Source: Micrococcus luteus NCTC 2665 (GTDB lineage: Bacteria; Actinomycetota; Actinomycetes; Actinomycetales; Micrococcaceae). From it: DNA of 32,000 bases. The stretch is taken from positions 990,001 through 1,022,000 of the forward strand of contig NC_012803.1 in assembly GCF_000023205.1 (NCBI RefSeq), in the 5' to 3' direction. Positions 1 through 9,072 of the stretch are shown here, in pieces; position 1 is the first letter of the stretch; the number at the start of each line of letters is the position of its first letter. Under the pieces are notes generated by a model that worked only from the letters and a program-made list of their open reading frames with translations, was not told the DNA's origin and did not search any database. Position numbers and translations under genes: made by a program.

Positions 1-300
1 GTGTCGCGTGGCGGTGTCCACCTCCGACGGGGCGAGACCGACGCCAAGGGCGGCCACGCCCACCACGGATGGCACTACCCCGCAGAGCAGGAACGGGAGG
101 AGGCGACGCAGGTCGCGTTCCGTTCGACCGGAGCCGACTCCGCGATCGTGAGTGTGCTCGTCCCCGCCGCCGCGGGCGACGCCGTGGGGGTGGACAGTGA
201 GAGGGCCCCCGACGGTTCCGTCATCCTCACGGTCCGGAGCGAGGACGGGCACGCCCGAGTCGCGGTTCAGCAGGACGGCACCCTCTCCCGCCTGTCGTGA
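1..300 (+). CDS. hypothetical protein, C-terminal fragment (5' end outside window)
   Basis: Frame +1 is open from base 1 to TGA 298-300 and has the strong G/C third-position bias seen in the real genes here. No motif recognised. Confidence 0.35.
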   Translation: MSRGGVHLRRGETDAKGGHAHHGWHYPAEQEREEATQVAFRSTGADSAIVSVLVPAAAGDAVGVDSERAPDGSVILTVRSEDGHARVAVQQDGTLSRLS

Positions 301-332
301 ACCGTGCGGCCCGGGGCGGGCGATGGCCCGTG

Positions 333-341
333 TGACAGACT
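333..341 (+). promoter_or_regulatory. candidate extended -10 element TGaCAGACT for ftsY (possible leaderless transcript)
   Basis: TG at 333-334 plus hexamer CAGACT at 336-341. The GTG start at 348 lies 7 nt after the hexamer and no SD lies between them. Same pattern as upstream of rpsP, rplS and xerC. Confidence 0.3.
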
Positions 342-347
342 GGGCCC

Positions 348-1556
348 GTGGAAATCGTGCTCATAGTCTCAGTCGTGGCCGCCCTGCTGCTGGGCGGCGT
401 GCTCGTCGGCCTGCTGGACCGGCGCCCCGCCCCGCCGAAGGGCTCGTACCAGGGGGTGCGGGACGCGGACGACCCGCGCCCGAGCCCGCGGCACGCGGTG
501 CCGTCGGGCTCCACCGCCGTCCTGGAGCGCCCCGAGGTCGACGAGGCGCCGGCCGTCGTCGCCGAGCCGGAGCCCGCCGTCGTCGAGGAGGGGGAGACCG
601 CCCCGGCGAAGCCCGAGTACGAGCGCCCCGAGGCCGCCGGCTCGCGCCTGGCCCGCCTGCGGGCTCGCCTGCTCAAGTCCAACAACGTCTTCGGCAAGGG
701 CCTGCTGGCGCTGCTGTCCCAGGACCGCATCGACGACGACGTGTGGGACGAGATCGAGGAGACGCTGCTGATGGCGGACCTCGGCACCGAGCCCACCCTG
801 GAGCTCGTCGACCGCCTCAAGGCCCGTGTCACGGTCGAGGGCACGCGTGACCCCGAGCAGGTGCGCACCCTGCTGCGTGAGGAGCTCGTGGCGATGGTGG
901 ATCCCTCGATGGATCGCCGTCTCGCCGCGACCCGCAGGGGCGACCGCCCCGCCGTGACCATGGTCGTGGGCGTCAACGGCGTCGGCAAGACCACCACCGT
1001 GGGCAAGCTCGCCCGTGTGCTCGTGGCGGAGGACCGCACCGTCGTGCTCGGCGCCGCGGACACCTTCCGCGCCGCCGCCGCCGAGCAGCTCGCCACGTGG
1101 GGTGCCCGCGTGGGCGTCGAGACCGTCCGCTCCGAGAAGGAGGGCGCCGACCCGGCGTCCGTCGCCTTCGAGGCCGTGGAGCACGGCATCGCCGAGGGCG
1201 TCGACGTCGTGCTCGTGGACACCGCGGGCCGTCTGCAGAACAAGGCCAACCTCATGGACGAGCTCGGCAAGATCAAGCGCGTCATCGAGAAGCAGGCCGA
1301 GGTGGACGAGGTCCTGCTCGTCCTCGACGCCACCACCGGCCAGAACGGCCTGACCCAGGCGAAGGTGTTCGCCGAGGTCGTGGACGTCACCGGCATCGTG
1401 CTGACCAAGCTGGACGGCACCGCCAAGGGCGGCATCGTGATCGCCATCCAGCGCCAGCTCGGCGTGCCCGTCAAGCTGATCGGCCTCGGCGAGGGCCCCG
1501 ACGACCTCGCGCCGTTCACCGCCGAGGGCTTCGTGGACGCGCTGCTGGCCGACTGA
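348..1556 (+). CDS. ftsY: signal recognition particle receptor FtsY
   Basis: 402 aa. N-terminal TM helix (VLIVSVVAALLLGGVLVGLL) and an acidic/Pro-rich A region. NG domain with GVNGVGKTTT, DTAGRLQNK and LTKLDGTAKGG. Confidence 0.95.
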   Translation: MEIVLIVSVVAALLLGGVLVGLLDRRPAPPKGSYQGVRDADDPRPSPRHAVPSGSTAVLERPEVDEAPAVVAEPEPAVVEEGETAPAKPEYERPEAAGSRLARLRARLLKSNNVFGKGLLALLSQDRIDDDVWDEIEETLLMADLGTEPTLELVDRLKARVTVEGTRDPEQVRTLLREELVAMVDPSMDRRLAATRRGDRPAVTMVVGVNGVGKTTTVGKLARVLVAEDRTVVLGAADTFRAAAAEQLATWGARVGVETVRSEKEGADPASVAFEAVEHGIAEGVDVVLVDTAGRLQNKANLMDELGKIKRVIEKQAEVDEVLLVLDATTGQNGLTQAKVFAEVVDVTGIVLTKLDGTAKGGIVIAIQRQLGVPVKLIGLGEGPDDLAPFTAEGFVDALLAD

Positions 1557-1575
1557 CGTCCCGCACCCCGGTCCA

Positions 1576-1606
1576 GGGCCCCTCCCGACGACGTCGGGAG
1601 GGGCCC
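1576..1606 (+). terminator. GC-rich hairpin after ftsY
   Basis: GGGCCCCTCCCGA (1576-1588) pairs perfectly with TCGGGAGGGGCCC (1594-1606): 13 bp with a 5-nt loop, 20 nt after the ftsY stop. No U-tract. Confidence 0.5.
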
Positions 1607-1751
1607 TGTCCTGTCACGGAGACGTCATCGACGTGTGGTGCGGCCCACTCCTCCGGTACCGTCCCTCCATCGGCCCCGATCGGGGCCGGGCAGCGACGCC
1701 GCGGGACGGGCGTTCGCCCCCGGCTCGCGGCCCGGACCGAAGGAGACCCCC

Positions 1752-3014
<1,263 letters not shown>

Positions 3015-3054
3015 GCCGCCGCGGACGGGTGAGGCCGGTCGGTTGCTAGGCTTG

Positions 3055-3086
3055 GCGGGCGCCGCGGTGGATGCCGCGGCGCCCGC
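3055..3086 (+). terminator. GC hairpin after amt
   Basis: GCGGGCGCCGCGG (3055-3067) pairs with CCGCGGCGCCCGC (3074-3086): 13-bp perfect stem with a 6-nt loop, 41 nt after the amt stop. No U-tract. Confidence 0.45.
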
Positions 3087-3137
3087 GACCGACCGCGTCC
3101 GGATCAGTCGACCCCGCTTCGAAGGATCACACCCGCC

Positions 3138-4724
3138 GTGTTCAACTCCCTGTCCGACCGCCTCACAGCCACCTTCCGCAGCCTCAAGGGCAAGGGGCGG
3201 CTGAGCGAGGCGGACATCGACGCCACCGCACGCGAGATCCGCCGCGCCCTCCTGGACGCCGACGTCGCCGTGCCCGTGGTCCGCCAGTTCATCGCGCAGA
3301 TCAAGGAGCGCGCCCTCAGCGCCGAGGTGGCCCAGGCCCTGAACCCGGGCCAGCAGGTCGTGAAGATCGTCAACGAGGAGCTCGTGGGCATCCTCGGCGG
3401 CGAGACCCGGCGCATCCAGCACGCCAAGACGGGCACCACCGTCATCATGCTCGTGGGCCTGCAGGGCGCCGGCAAGACGACCCTCGCCGGCAAGCTCGCC
3501 CACCTGCTCAAGTCCCAGGGCCACACCCCACTGCTCGTGGCCTGCGACCTCCAGCGCCCGAACGCCGTGAAGCAGCTGCAGGTCGGCGGCGAGCGCGCCG
3601 GCGTCCCGGTCTACGCGCCGCACCCCGGCGTCTCCTCCGAGTTCGAGGCCGCCACCGGCGACCCGGTGCAGGTGGCCCGCGACGGCGTCGCCGAGGCCAA
3701 CACGAAGTACCACGACGTGGTCATCATCGACACCGCCGGCCGCCTCGGCGTGGACGCCGAGCTCATGCAGCAGGCCGCGGACATCCGCGCCGCCGTGGAC
3801 CCGGACGAGGTGCTCTTCGTCATCGACGCGATGATCGGCCAGGACGCCGTGGCCACGGCCCAGGCGTTCAACGAGGGCGTCGGCTTCACCGGCGTCGTGC
3901 TCACCAAGCTCGACGGCGACGCGCGCGGCGGCGCCGCACTGTCCGTCCGCCACGTGACCGGCAAGCCGATCATGTTCGCCTCCACGGGCGAGGGCCTGAA
4001 GGACTTCGAGGTCTTCCACCCGGACCGCATGGCCTCGCGCATCCTCGACATGGGCGACGTGCTCTCCCTGATCGAGCAGGCCGAGCAGAACTGGGACCGC
4101 ACCGAGGCCGAGAAGATGGCCCGCAAGTTCGCGGACCAGGAGGACTTCACCCTCGACGACTTCCTCGCCCAGATGCAGCAGCTCAAGAAGATGGGCTCGC
4201 TGAAGAAGATGCTCATGATGATGCCGGGCGCCCAGGGCATGCGGCAGCAGCTCGAGCAGTTCGACGAGTCGTCGATCGGCCGCGTCGAGGCGATCATCCA
4301 CTCGATGACCCCGCACGAGCGCGTGGCCCCCAAGATCATCAACGGCTCGCGCCGTGCCCGCATCGCCCGCGGCTCGGGCGTGAGCGTGTCCGAGGTCAAC
4401 GGCCTGCTCGAGCGCTTCGCGGAGGCGCAGAAGATGATGAAGCGCATGGCCGCCGGCGGCGGTATCCCCGGGATGCCCGGGATGCCGGGCGGCGCCTCCC
4501 GCAAGGCGAAGGGCAAGGGCAAGAACGCCAAGCACGATCGCGTGAAGTCCGGCAACCCGGCCAAGGCCGCGGCCGAGCGCAAGGCGATCGAGGAGCGCCG
4601 CGCGCGCGCCGCCCAGGCGCAGGCCGGGGCCGTGTTCGGCCGCGACGGCGCGGGGATGGACGGCTTCGACCCGTCCACCCTCAACCTGCCGGCCGGCTTC
4701 GAGAAGTACCTGAAGGACCGCTGA
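3138..4724 (+). CDS. ffh: signal recognition particle protein Ffh
   Basis: 528 aa starting MFNSLSDRLTATFRSLKGKG. Motifs: GLQGAGKTT, DTAGR, TKLDGDARGG. Met-rich M domain (KKMLMMMPG) and a basic C-terminal tail. Confidence 0.97.
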   Translation: MFNSLSDRLTATFRSLKGKGRLSEADIDATAREIRRALLDADVAVPVVRQFIAQIKERALSAEVAQALNPGQQVVKIVNEELVGILGGETRRIQHAKTGTTVIMLVGLQGAGKTTLAGKLAHLLKSQGHTPLLVACDLQRPNAVKQLQVGGERAGVPVYAPHPGVSSEFEAATGDPVQVARDGVAEANTKYHDVVIIDTAGRLGVDAELMQQAADIRAAVDPDEVLFVIDAMIGQDAVATAQAFNEGVGFTGVVLTKLDGDARGGAALSVRHVTGKPIMFASTGEGLKDFEVFHPDRMASRILDMGDVLSLIEQAEQNWDRTEAEKMARKFADQEDFTLDDFLAQMQQLKKMGSLKKMLMMMPGAQGMRQQLEQFDESSIGRVEAIIHSMTPHERVAPKIINGSRRARIARGSGVSVSEVNGLLERFAEAQKMMKRMAAGGGIPGMPGMPGGASRKAKGKGKNAKHDRVKSGNPAKAAAERKAIEERRARAAQAQAGAVFGRDGAGMDGFDPSTLNLPAGFEKYLKDR

Positions 4725-4776
4725 GTCCCCCGCTGTCGGCTCGCGGCGCGCCGGGTGTGCACCGGCCCGCCCGATC

Positions 4777-4785
4777 TGGCAGAAT
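4777..4785 (+). promoter_or_regulatory. candidate extended -10 promoter TGgCAGAAT for the rpsP operon
   Basis: TG at 4777-4778 plus CAGAAT at 4780-4785. Near-identical to the rplS element TGgCATAAT. It would give a leader of about 130 nt. Confidence 0.35.
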
Positions 4786-4924
4786 GGCACGGTATTGAGC
4801 GTGAGCCCGGACGACCCTCTATCCTCCGCTGCGCTCCGTTCCGTGTACCAGGTCGTCGACGCCCGCTGCCCCCACGCGGCGTCGTGCCCCGGCCCCCCAG
4901 ATCCACTGAAGGAGAACCACACTC

Positions 4925-5395
4925 GTGGCTGTCAAGATTCGTCTGAAGCGGTTCGGCAAGATCCGCGCCCCGTTCTACCGCGTCGTCGTCATGGACTCGC
5001 GCACCCGCCGCGATGGCCGTGCCATCGAGGAGATCGGCAAGTACCACCCCACCGAGGAGCCCTCGTTCATCGAGATCGACTCGGAGCGCGCCCAGTACTG
5101 GCTCTCCGTCGGCGCCCAGCCGACCGAGCAGGTCGCCGCGCTGCTGAAGATCACCGGTGACTGGCAGAAGTTCAAGGGCGAGTCGGGCGCCGAGGGCACC
5201 CTGAAGTCCAAGTCCGAGAAGGAGGCCTTCGTGGCCCCCGAGAGGGACTCGGTCATCCTGCCGGAGGAGCCGAAGCAGGAGGAGGCCCCGGCCGAGTCCG
5301 AGCAGCCGGCCGAGGCCCCGGCCGAGGAGGCCGCTGAGGCTCCGGCCGAGGAGGCCGCTGAGGCTCCGGCCGAGGACGCCGAGAAGTCCGAGTGA
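4925..5395 (+). CDS. rpsP: 30S ribosomal protein S16 with Ala/Glu/Pro-rich C-terminal extension
   Basis: 156 aa with a GTG start and SD GAAGGAG at 4908-4914. N-terminus is [32 protein letters not shown]. The tail is ...[28 protein letters not shown]. Confidence 0.95.
   Translation: MAVKIRLKRFGKIRAPFYRVVVMDSRTRRDGRAIEEIGKYHPTEEPSFIEIDSERAQYWLSVGAQPTEQVAALLKITGDWQKFKGESGAEGTLKSKSEKEAFVAPERDSVILPEEPKQEEAPAESEQPAEAPAEEAAEAPAEEAAEAPAEDAEKSE
5321..5380 (+). repeat. 24-bp perfect tandem repeat (2 full units plus a 12-bp partial) inside the rpsP 3' end
   Basis: GCCGAGGAGGCCGCTGAGGCTCCG at 5321-5344 is repeated exactly at 5345-5368, followed by GCCGAGGACGCC. In frame, each unit encodes AEEAAEAP. Confidence 0.9.
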
Positions 5396-5397
5396 CC

Positions 5398-5637
5398 ATG
5401 CTGACCGAGGCCCTCGAGCATCTGGTGCGCGGCATCGTGGACACGCCCGAGGCGGTCCGCGTGGACGCCCGCTCCCAGCGGCGTGGCGACATGCTGGAGG
5501 TCCGCGTGGCCCCCGAGGACCTGGGTCGCGTGATCGGCCGCCAGGGTCGCACCGCCACCGCGCTGCGCACCGTGCTGGACGGCCTGGCCGGCCACCCCGT
5601 CCGCGTGGACGTGGTGGAGACCGACCGCCGCTCCTGA
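5398..5637 (+). CDS. KH-domain RNA-binding protein (YlqC / Rv2908c-like)
   Basis: 79 aa from ATG 5398 (GTG 5392 is an alternative, overlapping the rpsP stop). Sequence includes LEHLVRGIVDTPEAVRVD and the GxxG motif VIGRQGRTA. It occupies the conserved position between rpsP and rimM. Confidence 0.85.
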   Translation: MLTEALEHLVRGIVDTPEAVRVDARSQRRGDMLEVRVAPEDLGRVIGRQGRTATALRTVLDGLAGHPVRVDVVETDRRS

Positions 5638-5741
5638 CGGCCCGTGACGCACGGCCCGCCCGCCCCTCACCGGGCCGGCGGGCCGTCGTCGTCTCCGGCC
5701 CCGCCCCCTCCCGCCACCGATCGTCCCACCCAGGAGAGCCC

Positions 5742-6344
5742 ATGAGTCCCGCAGCCCAGGACGACCTCGTCCGCGTCGCCCGCATCGGCAAGCCGCACGG
5801 CATCCGCGGCGAGGTGACCGTGCAGGTCTTCACCGACGACCCGGACGCCCGCTTCGCCCCCGGGGAGCGCCTCGTGGTGCGCGACGGCGCCCCGGGCCTT
5901 CCGGCGGAGCTCACCGTCACCCGGGCCCGGTGGAACAAGCAGATCCTCGTGGTCGGCTTCGCCGAGTCGCTGGACCGCAACGTCGCCGAGACCCTGCGCG
6001 GCGCCCAGCTGTTCGCCGTTCCCGCCGCGCCCGAGGAGTCCGACGAGTGGTACGAGGAGGACCTCGTGGACCTCGAGGTGCGGATCGACGGCGAGCGCGT
6101 CGGCGTCGTCACGGCCCTGACCACCGGGGCGGTCCAGGACCTGCTGCACGTCGCCGTGGACGGCGTCGAGGAGGAGGCCCTGGTGCCCTTCGTCGAGGAG
6201 ATCGTCCCGGAGATCGACCCCAAGGCTGGCGTGCTCGTGCTGACCCCGCCGCCGGGCCTGCTCGAGCTCGCCACCGGCGAGGACGAGGACGCCGCAGACG
6301 GGCCCGCCGCCGCGCGCCCCGCCGATGCGGATCCGGAGGCCTGA
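5742..6344 (+). CDS. rimM: 16S rRNA processing protein RimM
   Basis: 200 aa with SD AGGAGAG upstream. Contains VARIGKPHGIRGEVTVQVFTDDP. Acidic C-terminal tail. Confidence 0.9.
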   Translation: MSPAAQDDLVRVARIGKPHGIRGEVTVQVFTDDPDARFAPGERLVVRDGAPGLPAELTVTRARWNKQILVVGFAESLDRNVAETLRGAQLFAVPAAPEESDEWYEEDLVDLEVRIDGERVGVVTALTTGAVQDLLHVAVDGVEEEALVPFVEEIVPEIDPKAGVLVLTPPPGLLELATGEDEDAADGPAAARPADADPEA

Positions 6345-6347
6345 GCA

Positions 6348-7094
6348 GTGCGCTTCGACGTCGTCACGATCTTCCCCGAGTACCTCTCGGTGCTCGACGT
6401 CTCGCTGCTGGGCCGTGCCCGCCGCGAGGGCCTCGTGGACGTGCACGTCCACGACCTGCGCGACTTCACCGTCGACCGGCACCGCACCGTGGATGACACC
6501 CCCTACGGCGGCGGCGCCGGCATGGTGATGAAACCCGAGCCGTGGGCGCTCGCGCTCGAGCACGTGGCGGCCCAGGGGCCCGCGGCGCCGGCCCCCGCCG
6601 ATCCGGCGTCGGCCGAGCCGGGGGACCGCCCCGTGCTGCTCGTGCCGACGCCCTCGGGGGAGCGCTTCACCCAGCGATTCGCCCGCGAACTGGCGGGCCG
6701 GGAGCACGTGGCGATCGCGTGCGGGCGGTACGAGGGCATCGACGAGCGCGTCTTCGGCTGGGCCGAGGAGCTCTTCGAGGTGCGGCTGGTCTCACTGGGC
6801 GACTACGTGCTCAACGGCGGCGAGGTCGCCGCGCTGGCGATGATCGAGGCCGTCGGCCGCCTCGTGCCGGGCGTCGTGGGCAACCCGGCCTCGCTCGTCG
6901 AGGAGTCCCACGAGGACGGCCTGCTGGAGTACCCGGTCTACACCAAGCCCGCGGACTGGCGGGGCCGTGCGGTGCCGCCCGTGCTGCTCTCGGGCGACCA
7001 CGGCAAGGTCGCGGCCTGGCGTCGGACCCAGCAGGAGGAGCGCACGCGCGAGCGGCGTCCGGACCTGTGGGCGGCGTTCGACTCCGAGGACTGA
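6348..7094 (+). CDS. trmD: tRNA (guanine37-N1)-methyltransferase TrmD
   Basis: 248 aa. GTG start 3 nt after the rimM stop. Motifs: [34 protein letters not shown]. Confidence 0.95.
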   Translation: MRFDVVTIFPEYLSVLDVSLLGRARREGLVDVHVHDLRDFTVDRHRTVDDTPYGGGAGMVMKPEPWALALEHVAAQGPAAPAPADPASAEPGDRPVLLVPTPSGERFTQRFARELAGREHVAIACGRYEGIDERVFGWAEELFEVRLVSLGDYVLNGGEVAALAMIEAVGRLVPGVVGNPASLVEESHEDGLLEYPVYTKPADWRGRAVPPVLLSGDHGKVAAWRRTQQEERTRERRPDLWAAFDSED

Positions 7095-7141
7095 CCCGCC
7101 GCGCCCGACGGGCTGGAGGGGCGTCGCGACGTCATCGGCTG

Positions 7142-7150
7142 TGGCATAAT
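7142..7150 (+). promoter_or_regulatory. candidate extended -10 promoter TGgCATAAT for rplS
   Basis: TG at 7142-7143 plus CATAAT at 7145-7150, in the 248-nt trmD-rplS spacer. It would give a leader of about 185 nt. Confidence 0.4.
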
Positions 7151-7342
7151 GGGTCCTCGTGTCCGCCGGACGCCCGACCTGCCACAGGGGGCGCGCGTCA
7201 ACGGATCGGACCCCGGGACCGCACCCCACGTGCGGAGCCCGGCCCTCGGCTCGGGACCCGGCCCCCTCGTCATGCGGACGTGGACGGGCCGTGCGCCCGC
7301 CTACTACGCGGCTGACCTGTGGCATCCGCCAGGAGAGACGAC

Positions 7343-7696
7343 ATGCACATTCTCGACTCGTTCGACAAGAAGACGCTGCGCGACGACATCCCGGAGTTCG
7401 CCCCCGGCGACACCGTCAAGGTGCACGTGAACATCATCGAGGGCAAGACCGCCCGCGTCCAGGTGTTCCAGGGCTACGTCATGGGCCGTCAGGGCTACGG
7501 CGTGCGCGAGACCTTCCGCGTCCGCAAGGTGTCCTTCGGCATCGGCGTGGAGCGCGTGTTCCCGGTGCACTCCCCGATCATCGACAAGATCGAGGTCGTC
7601 ACCAAGGGCGATGTGCGCCGCGCGAAGCTGTACTACATGCGCGACCGCCACGGCAAGGCCGCCCGCATCCGCGAGAAGCGCGCCGACGCCAAGTGA
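7343..7696 (+). CDS. rplS: 50S ribosomal protein L19
   Basis: 117 aa from ATG 7343 with SD AGGAGAG at 7331-7337. Sequence starts [44 protein letters not shown]. Confidence 0.95.
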   Translation: MHILDSFDKKTLRDDIPEFAPGDTVKVHVNIIEGKTARVQVFQGYVMGRQGYGVRETFRVRKVSFGIGVERVFPVHSPIIDKIEVVTKGDVRRAKLYYMRDRHGKAARIREKRADAK

Positions 7697-7727
7697 TCAC
7701 CCCGGTCGGCCCCGCCGACCGGTGATC
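7695..7727 (+). terminator. imperfect hairpin overlapping the rplS stop codon
   Basis: CCGGTCGG (7702-7709) pairs with CCGACCGG (7715-7722). An outer helix GATCA (7695-7699) pairs with TGATC (7723-7727) across a 2-nt bulge. Confidence 0.3.
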
Positions 7728-7732
7728 GACCC

Positions 7733-8476
7733 ATGCGCACCTCGGAGCCCCGTGACCCCCGTCGGTCACGGGGCTCCGTCGCGTCCGGGGCCGGCTCCTC
7801 CTCGGGCCCGACGGCGGCCCCCGCCTCCGGCGCGAGCCGCTGGTGGGCGTGGCTCGGCCTGACCGTGGTGGCCGCCGTCGTGGTGGCCGCGGTGCTGCGG
7901 GCCCTCACCGGCCCCGTCTACCTCATCCCCTCCGGGTCGATGGAGCCGACCCTGCAGCCCGGCGACCGCGTGCGGGTGGACGCCGCCGCGGCCGGCGGGC
8001 AGGGCCTGCGCCACGGCGACGTGGTGGTGTTCGACGGCGCCGGCAGCCTGGCACCGTACCGTTCGGCCGGATCGCTCGAGCGCGGCCTCGAGGACGTCGC
8101 CCGGTGGTGGGGTGTCGGCGCGGCCGAGGACGTGTTCGTCAAGCGCGTGCTGGCCCTGCCGGGGGACCGCCTCGAGTGCTGTGCCCCGGACGGTCGGCTG
8201 CTGCGCAACGGCGAGCCGCTGGACGAGCCGTATCTCGGCAGGCCCGTGACCGCGGACGAGCCGGCCGCGGCGGGGACCTGGTCCTTCGAGGTGCCCGACG
8301 GGCGCATGGTCGTCCTGGGCGACCACCGCGCCGCCTCCCGGGACTCCCGCGCACTGCTGGGCGCCCCCGGCGGCGGGCTGATCCCGCTCGAGCGGGTCGA
8401 GGGCCGCGCCGCGGAGATCGTGTGGCCGCTGGCCCGCCGCGGGACCGTGGACGTCCCCTCCGGGGACACGCCGTGA
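7733..8476 (+). CDS. lepB: signal peptidase I (paralog 1)
   Basis: 247 aa. TM segment WWAWLGLTVVAAVVVAAVL. Catalytic boxes SGSMEPTL (Ser) and KRVLALPGD (Lys), plus GDHRAASRDSR. Confidence 0.88.
   Translation: MRTSEPRDPRRSRGSVASGAGSSSGPTAAPASGASRWWAWLGLTVVAAVVVAAVLRALTGPVYLIPSGSMEPTLQPGDRVRVDAAAAGGQGLRHGDVVVFDGAGSLAPYRSAGSLERGLEDVARWWGVGAAEDVFVKRVLALPGDRLECCAPDGRLLRNGEPLDEPYLGRPVTADEPAAAGTWSFEVPDGRMVVLGDHRAASRDSRALLGAPGGGLIPLERVEGRAAEIVWPLARRGTVDVPSGDTP
7743..7778 (+). terminator. perfect 15-bp hairpin inside the first 16 codons of lepB (possible rplS terminator/attenuator)
   Basis: CGGAGCCCCGTGACC (7743-7757) pairs with GGTCACGGGGCTCCG (7764-7778), with a 6-nt loop. No U-tract. Confidence 0.4.
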
Positions 8477-9072
8477 CCGGGCGCCGCACCGCGCTGATCG
8501 CCGCCGCCGTGACCGTGCTCGCCTGCGTGCTGGCGTGGGCGTTCCTGGCGCGCATGTACGCCATCCCGTCCTCGTCCATGGAGCCCGGGCTGCGGGCCGG
8601 CGACCGCGTGGTCGCCACGCTGCTCACCCCCGATCCGTTCCCGGTGCGCCGCGGTGACGTGGTGGTGTTCGAGGACACGAAGGGCTGGCTGCCCGGGGGC
8701 GGCCACGTGATCAAGCGGGCCGTCGGACTGCCGGGGGACATCGTCTCCTGGACGCCCGGCGAGGAGACGCTGCGCGTGAACGGGGTGCCCGTGGAGGAGC
8801 CGTACCTCGCGCCGGGGGAGACGCCCGCGCAGGAGGCGTTCGAGGTGACCGTCCCCGCGGGGCGGCTGTGGGTGCTCGGCGACCATCGCTCGGCGTCGGC
8901 GGACTCCCGCGCGCACCGCGCCGGGCCCGGGGGCGGGTTCGTGGCCCTCGACGACGTGGTGGGCCGCGCCCGGCTCGTGGTCTGGCCGCTGGACAGGATC
9001 GGCGGCGCCGGCGCCGACCCCGACGCGTTCTCCGCCGTGCCGGACGCGCCCGTGCCGGAGGCCCGCACGTGA
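8473..9072 (+). CDS. lepB: signal peptidase I (paralog 2)
   Basis: 199 aa from GTG 8473 (GTGA overlap with the upstream stop). TM segment ALIAAAVTVLACVLAWAFL. Motifs: SSSMEPGL, KRAVGLPGD, GDHRSASADSR. Confidence 0.88.
   Translation: MTGRRTALIAAAVTVLACVLAWAFLARMYAIPSSSMEPGLRAGDRVVATLLTPDPFPVRRGDVVVFEDTKGWLPGGGHVIKRAVGLPGDIVSWTPGEETLRVNGVPVEEPYLAPGETPAQEAFEVTVPAGRLWVLGDHRSASADSRAHRAGPGGGFVALDDVVGRARLVVWPLDRIGGAGADPDAFSAVPDAPVPEART

Noticed and set aside
1613-1628. GlnR-box-like GTCAC-N6-GTCAT upstream of amt
   Set aside because: Only the a-site (gTnAc) fits. The b-site differs from GnAAC at most positions and there is no second a/b pair. Too weak to call.
1671-1688. 18-bp perfect palindrome CGGCCCCGATCGGGGCCG 64 nt upstream of amt as a nitrogen-regulator operator
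   Set aside because: At this GC content a 9+9 palindrome is expected roughly once per 32 kb by chance (my rough estimate). It resembles neither the AmtR (AT-rich) nor the GlnR box consensus.
5291-5380. Short tandem repeats as a possible CRISPR or minisatellite locus
   Set aside because: The repeats are contiguous, with no spacers. They are in frame inside rpsP and encode the Ala/Glu/Pro tail. This is a coding tandem duplication, not CRISPR.
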